Positions 1 through 6,031 of a stretch of 32,000 nt of DNA are shown here, one piece after another. Every line of letters begins with the position of its first letter. The stretch's first letter is position 1. This stretch comes from Dickeya solani IPO 2222 (GTDB lineage Bacteria; Pseudomonadota; Gammaproteobacteria; Enterobacterales; Enterobacteriaceae), in assembly GCF_001644705.1 (NCBI RefSeq), contig NZ_CP015137.1, positions 2,760,001 through 2,792,000 of the forward strand, given 5' to 3'. The position numbers and the translations under genes are program-made. Under the pieces are notes generated by a model that ran no database searches, was not told the DNA's origin, and saw only the letters and a program-made list of their open reading frames with translations.

Positions 1-2
1 AC

Positions 3-140
3 GGCGTGCGCCAGTTCATGCGGGCTGGACGCCCTTATTACCTGGCACATGGGGGTAATGTCGCGGCTGGACGCCACGCCAAAACCCCCGAGGTCAACGG
101 CGGCACACCGTCGCACGCTACGCGCGACTACCCCCTTTGA
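3..140 (+). CDS. Possible 3' end of an island gene entering from the left (…GVRQFMRAGRPYYLAHGGNVAAGRHAKTPEVNGGTPSHATRDYPL*); function unknown
   Basis: Of the frames open at the left edge, this frame-3 reading is the most protein-like. It has about 69% GC3 by my count and stops with TGA at 138-140. It is only 45 codons and I recognise no homology. Confidence 0.2.
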   Translation, partial: GVRQFMRAGRPYYLAHGGNVAAGRHAKTPEVNGGTPSHATRDYPL

Positions 141-293
141 GACGCCGTTTTTAGCCCACTTTTTCTTTTGCCCGTGCCGGTCAGCGAAAAAATGGGAAAA
201 CGCCTTCAAAGTGGGTAGTCGCGCCTCGCTACCGGCTGGTGGCCGGAGACTTAGCGGCGACGGTGTGCGGGGCTGTCGCCCCCCAAATAAACC

Positions 294-314
294 GACGCGT
301 GGGCGCGTCTTTTT
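294..314 (+). terminator. Intrinsic-terminator-like hairpin (GACGCG-TGGG-CGCGTC followed by TTTTT)
   Basis: A perfect 6-bp GC stem (294-299 / 304-309) with a 4-nt loop is followed by a T5 run (310-314). A second hairpin, GGCGAC…GTCGCC, precedes it at ~257-280. It could end the upstream partial gene or a small RNA. Confidence 0.45.
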
Positions 315-677
315 GCTCGCTGGGGCGGCAAAATTTATTCGGCTCCCCCCGGCCTGCTCGGTTCCCCTTGGGGGGAACGCTCGCCGGTGGGTTCGGGCGA
401 CGCAAATGCCCCCTTTCTGCGAAATGGCATTTACTCGCCTCACGCCACGGTTGAATGCCCGCGGGGCGCAGGCACCCACCCGCCTAAACCCGTCGCGTCC
501 TGCGTCGTGCCTGGATGGCCTGTTGAGCGCTGTCAGGGTTGCGAAAATAAAACGTGCTGGCATGTCTTCTCCCTACTGAAATCAGCCGGTAGAAAAGGCT
601 ATAGGGAAAAGGGGAGGAGGCCTGCAAACAACTCAATATCGAATATCAAGAATTAGGGGGGATTCAGTTATGGCAGC

Positions 678-713
678 AAAAAAGCCCTGACCGTGAATGA
701 CTCACGGCAGAGC
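678..713 (-). terminator. Rho-independent terminator of the 116-aa island ORF
   Basis: The minus strand reads GCTCTGCCGTGA-gtcat-TCACGGTCAGGGC followed by TTTTTT. It begins 18 nt after the ORF stop at 731. Confidence 0.7.
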
Positions 714-730
714 TTTAATCAGGCGCGGAT

Positions 731-1081
731 TCAGAGGCTTATCGGGCGGGTGGGAGCGTGTGCGCGTCTGTGCATATCGTTAAGCGCCGGGATGAGTAGG
801 CTGATGGCATTTAGCCCATGCCCCAACTGGCATAAACTTTCCGGCGTGGATTCGCACACGTCATTATCGGCAAAGGTAATCAGCGCATCGCCAATGAAAT
901 TTAGGCAATGACACAGCCCGGCGCTGGTTTCGGCGCAATACTCTGCCACCTGCGAGAGTTCGTCATCGTCCATGTTTGAAAAATCCAGACGCGCCAGCGC
1001 GGCATTCATGGCGGAATACAGGCTCTCGCAATCCGGCAGTGATTGGTAAGACGAGCCCGTGTTACTATCGGTGTCAGCCAT
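731..1081 (-). CDS. Hypothetical small acidic protein (116 aa) of the island
   Basis: The ORF-track entry is 731..1096. I moved the start to Met6 (MADTDSNTGSS…) because GAGGA lies 8 nt upstream. Codon usage looks typically enterobacterial and the gene has its own terminator. The protein is Asp/Glu-rich with several Cys. I recognise no family. Confidence 0.55.
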   Translation of the reverse strand: MADTDSNTGSSYQSLPDCESLYSAMNAALARLDFSNMDDDELSQVAEYCAETSAGLCHCLNFIGDALITFADNDVCESTPESLCQLGHGLNAISLLIPALNDMHRRAHAPTRPISL

Positions 1082-1109
1082 AGCATTAGTCCTCATAATG
1101 TTGTGGTCA

Positions 1110-1145
1110 GAAGCCCGGTGAGTGTTCCTAGCACTGCCGGGCTTC
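1110..1145. other. GC-rich hairpin in the leader between the operator region and the 116-aa ORF
   Basis: GAAGCCCGG (1110-1118) pairs with CCGGGCTTC (1137-1145). The 18-nt loop contains an inner AGTG/CACT pairing. Confidence 0.5.
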
Positions 1146-1156
1146 GCTCTTTATCG

Positions 1157-1228
1157 TTGCAAAATACCGTGTAATTGCGGTGTAATTACAACAAGACCAT
1201 GCTATGGAATTTGTAATTACAATGTCAA
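1157..1228. promoter_or_regulatory. Overlapping opposed promoters plus three operator-like sites (TGTAATTACA palindromes)
   Basis: The perfect 10-bp palindrome TGTAATTACA occurs at 1181-1190 and 1212-1221, with a variant TGTAATTGCG at 1170-1179. Centre spacings are 11 and 31 bp. Plus-strand promoter candidate: TTGCAA (1157-1162), 18-nt spacer, TGTAAT (1181-1186). Minus-strand candidate: TTGACA (1228-1223), 18-nt spacer, TAGCAT (1204-1199). All were found by eye. Confidence 0.45.
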
Positions 1229-1392
1229 GTGAAAAGTCAAAAACAGACCAGTATCAGATTCGACTGTCCCACGAGTTTCGGGCGCAATTGGAAGAACAAG
1301 CCCACAAAGATGGCGACAAGACATTGGCTACATGGATAAAGCGTATTCTGCGCAAAGAACTCCAGACCCGAGGCATCGAACCCAAAGGTTAA
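1204..1392 (+). CDS. Arc/Mnt-type ribbon-helix-helix DNA-binding protein (62 aa; alternative start at Met7, 1222)
   Basis: DQYQIRLSHEFRAQLEEQAHKDGDKTLATWIKRILRKEL aligns by eye to P22 Arc PQFNLRWPREVLDLVRKVAEENGRSVNSEIYQRVMESF, matching the beta-strand, helix A and helix B. Palindromic operators lie immediately upstream and overlap the start. There is no clear SD for either start. Confidence 0.6.
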   Translation: MEFVITMSSEKSKTDQYQIRLSHEFRAQLEEQAHKDGDKTLATWIKRILRKELQTRGIEPKG

Positions 1393-1473
1393 CGGTGATT
1401 GGGGCCGTCGATGTCGCAAATCCTAACGTGTAAGAAACGTTTGGCAGAATGCCCGGATGATTTTACGACAACG

Positions 1474-1514
1474 CTCCTGACGGGTTTTCTATCACATAGA
1501 AATCCCGTCAGGAG
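1474..1514. terminator. 41-nt near-perfect hairpin between the convergent RHH gene and integrase gene (bidirectional terminator or protein-binding palindrome)
   Basis: CTCCTGACGGG-tTTTCTAT-cac-ATAGAAAt-CCCGTCAGGAG gives about 18 bp of stem with one T·T mismatch and a 3-nt loop. Confidence 0.5.
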
Positions 1515-1531
1515 CCAACAAGCGCAGCGCG

Positions 1532-2791
1532 TTAGCCTGCCGCATAACTCCGCGCATAAATATACGGCGCGACGTAGCCCTCGCGGTTGACGTCCAGATA
1601 ATCCGACCACCATTGCATCATTTCGATTCTGGCCTCCAGATGCTCCGCTTTATGCACGTAGGCAGCCCGCACGCCGTTGCGCTCTTTGTGGCTCATCTGC
1701 CGCTCGATGGCGTCTTTTGACCAGCGCCCGGACTCGTTCAGCGCGCTACAGGCCATGGTTCTGAAACCGTGACCGCAGATTTCGGTTTGGGTGTCGTAGC
1801 CAATCACGCGCAGCGCTTTGTTAATAGTGTTCTCACTCATCGGCTTGTTCAGGGTATGTGCGCCGGGAAAAACGAAGACCGATTCGCTGGAAAGTGCCTG
1901 AATCTGTTTCAGCAGGGCGACCGCCTGCCGTGACAGCGGCACCAGATGTTCATCCTTCATCTTTGCGCCACGCTCTGAGAATCGGACGCCGTTTACCGCT
2001 TCACGCTGGGCGGGTACGCTCCAGATATGGGCTTTCAGGTTGAATTCATCCCAGCGGGCAAAACGCAGTTCGCTGGAGCGCAGAAAAACATGCAGATTCA
2101 GCTCCAGCGCCAGACGGGTCAGCATCCGGCCTTTGTAGTTCTCAATCTTCGCCAGCAGTTCAGGCAGGCGTTTAAGCGGCAGGGCGGGGTGATGTTGGGT
2201 CACGACCGGGGTCACGACGCCGTCCAGATCGTAAGCCGGATTGTATTTGATGACGCCCTGCTGCACGGCGTGGCGCATAATTTTAGTCAGATGCTGGCGC
2301 ACCCGTCCGGCGACGTCATGCACGCCTTTATCGTCAATCGCCTTAACCAACTGCGCCAGATGGCGGGTTTCAACCTGAGCAATATCCATCGCGCCAATGG
2401 CGGGGAAAACGTAGCGTTTCAGGCAGGTGAGGATTTTATCTGCATGGGCGTCCGACCAGAGCTTGAGACTGCTGGTGTGCCATGCTGTCGCGACATACTG
2501 AAAGGTGTGGGATTCATCAACGGCAGGATTGTTCGTTTTGCGAAGTTGGGAAGGGCTGATGCCGGATGCCAATAGCTTACGTGCCGCATCGCGCTTTTCG
2601 CGGGCTTCTGCCAGTGTGATTTGAGGGTAGGGGCCAAAGGCCAGACGGCTTTCTTTACCGCCGAGGCGATAGCGGAAATACCATAGCTTAGTGCCGCTGG
2701 TAGATACCGTGAGGTACAGGCCTTGCGAGTCAGTGAGCTTGTAAGATTTTGCGAGAGGTTTCGCGGAGCGGACTTTGCTGTCAGTTAACAT
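1532..2791 (-). CDS. int: P4-family (DUF4102-type N-terminus) tyrosine integrase
   Basis: The N-terminus MLTDSKVRSAKP…YKLTDSQGLYLTVSTSGTKLWYFRYRLGGKE resembles E. coli IntS/CP4-57-type integrases. Catalytic-region motifs are visible (SSELRFARWDEF, GHGFRTMA, VRAAYVH). The gene is adjacent to a tRNA 3' end. I set the start at Met8 by homologue N-termini. The ORF-track start at 2812 is an alternative. Confidence 0.93.
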   Translation of the reverse strand: MLTDSKVRSAKPLAKSYKLTDSQGLYLTVSTSGTKLWYFRYRLGGKESRLAFGPYPQITLAEAREKRDAARKLLASGISPSQLRKTNNPAVDESHTFQYVATAWHTSSLKLWSDAHADKILTCLKRYVFPAIGAMDIAQVETRHLAQLVKAIDDKGVHDVAGRVRQHLTKIMRHAVQQGVIKYNPAYDLDGVVTPVVTQHHPALPLKRLPELLAKIENYKGRMLTRLALELNLHVFLRSSELRFARWDEFNLKAHIWSVPAQREAVNGVRFSERGAKMKDEHLVPLSRQAVALLKQIQALSSESVFVFPGAHTLNKPMSENTINKALRVIGYDTQTEICGHGFRTMACSALNESGRWSKDAIERQMSHKERNGVRAAYVHKAEHLEARIEMMQWWSDYLDVNREGYVAPYIYARSYAAG

Positions 2792-2821
2792 ATGAGGGTC
2801 ACTCCCGTTCATCGAACTGAA

Positions 2822-2843
2822 TGACCCGCAATCTGACCCACAA
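2822..2843. repeat. Tandem decamer direct repeat TGACCCGCAA / TGACCCACAA between the int start and the tRNA
   Basis: The copies lie at 2822-2831 and 2834-2843, a period of 12 bp. They sit in the att/int-promoter arm. Confidence 0.5.
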
Positions 2844-2952
2844 ATTCCCCGATACGAAGGGATAAATCAAAACGCATCGGAAAAGATTTTCACGCCAACT
2901 TATTGAATCGCAACAACATGGGGATTGATAAGGAGGCATAAAAAATGAAAGG

Positions 2953-3028
2953 TGGTGCCCGGACTCGGAATCGAACCAAGGACACGGGGATTTTCAATCC
3001 CCTGCTCTACCGACTGAGCTATCCGGGC
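2953..3028 (-). tRNA. pheU: tRNA-Phe (GAA anticodon), pheU-type locus
   Basis: The reverse complement reads GCCCGGATAGCTCAGTCGGTAGAGCAGGGGATTGAAAATCCCCGTGTCCTTGGTTCGATTCCGAGTCCGGGCACCA. It is 76 nt with an encoded CCA and matches E. coli tRNA-Phe as I remember it. The neighbourhood (yjdC-dsbD-cutA-dcuA-aspA) is that of pheU. Confidence 0.98.
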
Positions 3029-3038
3029 AACGGGGCGC

Positions 3039-3067
3039 ATTAAACCGGATTCAGGCGGCTTCGTCAA
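3039..3067 (-). promoter_or_regulatory. Candidate sigma70 promoter of tRNA-Phe with a GC-rich discriminator
   Basis: The minus strand reads TTGACG (3067-3062), 17-nt spacer, TTTAAT (3044-3039), then GCGCCCC just before the mature 5' end at 3028. Phased A-tracts lie further upstream at 3083-3125. Confidence 0.5.
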
Positions 3068-3188
3068 CGTGAATTCACCCACTTTTTGGCGGTTTGGCTG
3101 CTTTTTCGGCGTTTATGCGGTTTTTGCGTAAATAAGCAACAGCGTATGGCTGATAGCCTGCCGGACGTGGTTTGCGGGTGTGAAAGCG

Positions 3189-3764
3189 TTACGCCAGCGC
3201 ACCGTGTTTCCGGCACATTGCTACGCGCAGGACGTCTTCCGCCAGCCGTTTCGCCACGGTCACGTCGGACAACTGGCGTTTTACCAGCAACTTGCTCAGA
3301 CAGCCTTCCAGAATTAGCTCCAGCTGTAATGCCACCATGTCCGTGTCGTCGGTTTCCAGTTCTTCCAGCAACGCTTTGGTGTATTGATACGACGCTTGTT
3401 TCTGTTGTTCCGCAATCTGGTGAATAGGGTGGAGCGGGTCTGGAAACGCGCTGCAGGCGGCGATGAACAGGCAGCCCGGAAAACGATGCTGGCTGACGGC
3501 GTCCTGTAACCGCTGGTAGCGCACCAGTAGTTTCTGCTCCGGCCCGGCCTGGTCATCCAACTGCACCTGCTTACGCCAGGTATTCACCTGCTGGCTGTGG
3601 TAACGCAGGCTGTCGTACAGCAGGGCTTCACGGTCGGGCCAAAAGGGTTGCAGTTCAGCCGGAGAAACGCCCAACTGGTCTGCCAGCATCTCCAGCGTTG
3701 TGTCGGCGAATCCGCGCCGTTCCAGCAAGGCCAGCGCCTGCTCCAGTACTTCTTCCCGTTGCAT
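3189..3764 (-). CDS. yjdC: TetR-family transcriptional regulator YjdC
   Basis: MQREEVLEQALALLERRGFADTTLEMLA… and the PGCLFIAAC…HPIHQ motif match E. coli YjdC, and the length is 191 aa as in E. coli. I chose the start at the second ATG of ATGATG, with AGGAGG 6 nt upstream. The ORF-track start is 3785. Confidence 0.85.
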   Translation of the reverse strand: MQREEVLEQALALLERRGFADTTLEMLADQLGVSPAELQPFWPDREALLYDSLRYHSQQVNTWRKQVQLDDQAGPEQKLLVRYQRLQDAVSQHRFPGCLFIAACSAFPDPLHPIHQIAEQQKQASYQYTKALLEELETDDTDMVALQLELILEGCLSKLLVKRQLSDVTVAKRLAEDVLRVAMCRKHGALA

Positions 3765-3857
3765 CATGCTCCTCCTGCGTATCAACCATCACTAACCAGT
3801 GTGGTTTATCTGCGTCATCTTTCAAGTTTATGACCGCCTGCCGCGATAGGGGCGATG

Positions 3858-5576
3858 TTAGCGCGCCAGTGTCTGCACATGCGCGGCAAAGGCGGCGGCG
3901 TCCATGAAACCGGTCACCCGCGAGCCCGGAATTTCCCGGCCGCTGGCGTCGAAAAACAGTATCGTTGGCAGCCCCAGCACCTGTAGGTGCTGCAATAGCG
4001 CCCGCTGCGTCTCGTTGTTGGCGGTGACATCCGCCTGCAGCCGCTGCATGGCGGACAGCGACTGCTGCACTGTCGCATCGCGGAAGGTGTATTTTTCGAA
4101 CTCTTTGCAGGCCACGCACCAGTCGGCGTACAGGTCGAGCATGGTAATGCGGTTGTTGCTGCGACTCAGCGCTGTAGTCAGTTCATCCAGCGTGTTGGTC
4201 GGCGTGAGGTGCAACTGGCTGCCGCTGGTCGGTTCCGCCTGTACCGGCGCGAACACCCAGTCCTGTAGCGGTCGAGCCGCCAGCAACGCGCCCAGAAACA
4301 GCAGAATCTGCACGGCTCGCATGCCGCCGACGTGGCTGCGCAGACTGAGGGCAAACGCCCAGCCGAAAAACGCCACGCCGAGCAGCCCCCACAGGCGCCA
4401 CTCCCAGGTGTCGCCCAGCACCCTGCCCAGCAGAAATACCGGCAGAGCCAGAATCACAAACCCGAAACCTTCCTTGACGTGGTTCATCCAGGGGCCGCGT
4501 TTGGGTAGTAGCCGATTACCGAACAGCGTAATCGCCATCAGCGGCAGCCCCATGCCCAGTGCATACAGGTACAGTGAGCCGCCGCCGGCCAGCAGGTTGC
4601 CGCTCTGGGCGATGTACAACAGCAGCGCGCTGAGCGGCGCGGTGGTGCAGGGCGAGCAAATCAACCCGGCCAGCGCGCCCATGGCGAAGACCCCGGCAGC
4701 GGAGCCGCTCTGCTGGCGATTGCTCCACAGGGTCAGGCGCGTCTGTAGCGATGATGGCAACTGCAGGCTATAGACGCCGAACATCGACAGCGACAGCGCG
4801 ACAAACATCACCGACAGCCCAATCAGGACGTAAGGGTGTTGTAGCGCCGCCTGAAAGCGCAGGCCCGCCGCCGCCACCACCAGACCGAGCAGAGTGTAGG
4901 TCAGCGCCATCCCCTGCACATACACCAGCGTCAGCAGCAGCGTGCGGCCGGCGGACAGGCGTTGCTGGCGGCCGAGAATCAGCCCGGAAATCAGCGGGTA
5001 CATCGGCAGCACACAGGGGGTAAACGCGACGCCAATACCGATGAGCAGCGCCCATAGCGGCGAGAACGGTAGCTGCGGGGTATACGCGCGGTCCGGCTGC
5101 GGCGTGACGGCGGCCAGCGCCGCGGGTGTCCCGCTACTGATGGCGCTGAGCGGTACCGAACGGGTTTCCGGCGGGTAGCAGAAACCGGCGTCGGCACAGC
5201 CCTGATAGGTGATGCTGAGCGAGGCGCCGGGCGGTACGTCGCGCAAGGGAACATTGAGCGCCAGCGACTGGCGGTAGATCGCCACCTCGCCGAAAAACTC
5301 GTCCCGATGCGATTCACCGGGCGGCAACGTCAGGCCCGGCGGCGCGATGAGCGCGTTATCCAGCTTGATTTGCTGGCGGTACAGGTAATAGCCGGGGTGA
5401 ATTTGCCAGTTCAACGTCAGCCGATCGCCACGCTGTTGAAAATCGAAGGCAAAGGCCTGATCTACCGGCAGGAACTGTGACTGCTGGCTGCGCCCAAACG
5501 GGTTTTGCGCCGGCGCCAGAGTACTGAAAAACAGGCTGAGGCACAGAACCGTCAGCGTAAAGATGCGTTGAGCCAT
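3858..5576 (-). CDS. dsbD: Thiol:disulfide interchange protein DsbD
   Basis: The 572-aa protein has a signal peptide, a multi-TM core with the FTPCVLP and CSPCT(T)AP Cys motifs, and a C-terminal thioredoxin-like WCVACK motif. It has the conserved position downstream of cutA. Confidence 0.95.
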   Translation of the reverse strand: MAQRIFTLTVLCLSLFFSTLAPAQNPFGRSQQSQFLPVDQAFAFDFQQRGDRLTLNWQIHPGYYLYRQQIKLDNALIAPPGLTLPPGESHRDEFFGEVAIYRQSLALNVPLRDVPPGASLSITYQGCADAGFCYPPETRSVPLSAISSGTPAALAAVTPQPDRAYTPQLPFSPLWALLIGIGVAFTPCVLPMYPLISGLILGRQQRLSAGRTLLLTLVYVQGMALTYTLLGLVVAAAGLRFQAALQHPYVLIGLSVMFVALSLSMFGVYSLQLPSSLQTRLTLWSNRQQSGSAAGVFAMGALAGLICSPCTTAPLSALLLYIAQSGNLLAGGGSLYLYALGMGLPLMAITLFGNRLLPKRGPWMNHVKEGFGFVILALPVFLLGRVLGDTWEWRLWGLLGVAFFGWAFALSLRSHVGGMRAVQILLFLGALLAARPLQDWVFAPVQAEPTSGSQLHLTPTNTLDELTTALSRSNNRITMLDLYADWCVACKEFEKYTFRDATVQQSLSAMQRLQADVTANNETQRALLQHLQVLGLPTILFFDASGREIPGSRVTGFMDAAAFAAHVQTLAR

Positions 5577-5917
5577 GAGAGATAATCGCTGTCGCCACCC
5601 TCGACCGGCAGCACCAGCAGTTCTGGTGTCTGGTAAGGATGCTGTTGTTTCAGGTGAGTCAGCAGTGCGGACTGATGTTCCCTGTCGCTTTTAAGCAGCA
5701 GTTGAATTTCCGTCTGCTGTTCCAGTTTGCCCTCCCAGTGATACAGGGAAGTCGCGCCCGGCAATAAAGTGACGCAGGCGGCAAGACGCGCATCCAGCGC
5801 AGATTGAGCCAACTGTCGGGCGCAGTTTTCATCGGGCGCGGTGCACAGTATCACCACCGCGGCGTTTTTTAATAACGCATAGTCGTTTGGTAACGCATAG
5901 TCGTTGGAGTCTGACAT
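5552..5917 (-). CDS. cutA: Divalent-cation tolerance protein CutA
   Basis: [10 protein letters not shown]…[23 protein letters not shown]…[13 protein letters not shown]…[11 protein letters not shown] closely matches E. coli CutA. I set the start at Met11. The ORF-track start is 5947. The gene overlaps the dsbD start by 25 nt. Confidence 0.9.
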   Translation of the reverse strand: MSDSNDYALPNDYALLKNAAVVILCTAPDENCARQLAQSALDARLAACVTLLPGATSLYHWEGKLEQQTEIQLLLKSDREHQSALLTHLKQQHPYQTPELLVLPVEGGDSDYLSWLNASLR

Positions 5918-6031
5918 CGTGACCTCGATAGCGGTAACGGTTGACACACTATACCGTGCGGGGTCGGCAATCGTAAGGCCGGATCGACGCCGGAGCGCCG
6001 ATCCGAAAAAACTTTACGATTCGGTGGAGTG

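Larger units (their letters stand above)
1..2952. mobile_element. Integrase-proximal end of a genomic island integrated at the 3' end of tRNA-Phe; the island continues beyond the left edge of the window
   Basis: The tRNA-Phe 3' end (2953) is directly followed by a P4-family integrase gene reading away from the tRNA. Beyond it lie genes with no counterpart in the conserved pheU-yjdC-dsbD neighbourhood. No second copy of the tRNA 3' end occurs in the window, so the distal att site is off-window. Confidence 0.8.

Noticed and set aside
49-656. ORF-track ORFs 49..579 (176 aa), 239..454 (71 aa) and 387..656 (89 aa), plus an unlisted minus-strand frame open from Met at 563 to beyond position 1
   Set aside because: All translations are Arg/Pro/Ala-rich and not protein-like. 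GC is flat across codon positions by my count (about 63/65/60%). There are no SD sequences. Having several frames open at once is what GC-rich non-coding DNA produces. I treat the region as non-coding (see the finding).
1204-1392. The RHH protein as the antitoxin of a toxin-antitoxin pair
   Set aside because: There is no co-directional partner ORF. The 140 nt downstream runs into a large hairpin and the convergent integrase gene, and the neighbouring 116-aa ORF is divergent. A stand-alone Arc/Mnt-type repressor fits better.
2945-3043. A 32-codon plus-strand ORF (MKGGARTRNRTKDTGIFNPLLYRLSYPGNGAH) preceded by a near-perfect AAGGAGG 8 nt upstream
   Set aside because: Its body is simply the complement of tRNA-Phe. 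The SD-like sequence at the island/tRNA junction is most likely coincidental. The 60-aa minus-strand ORF 2900..3082 likewise just reads through the tRNA.
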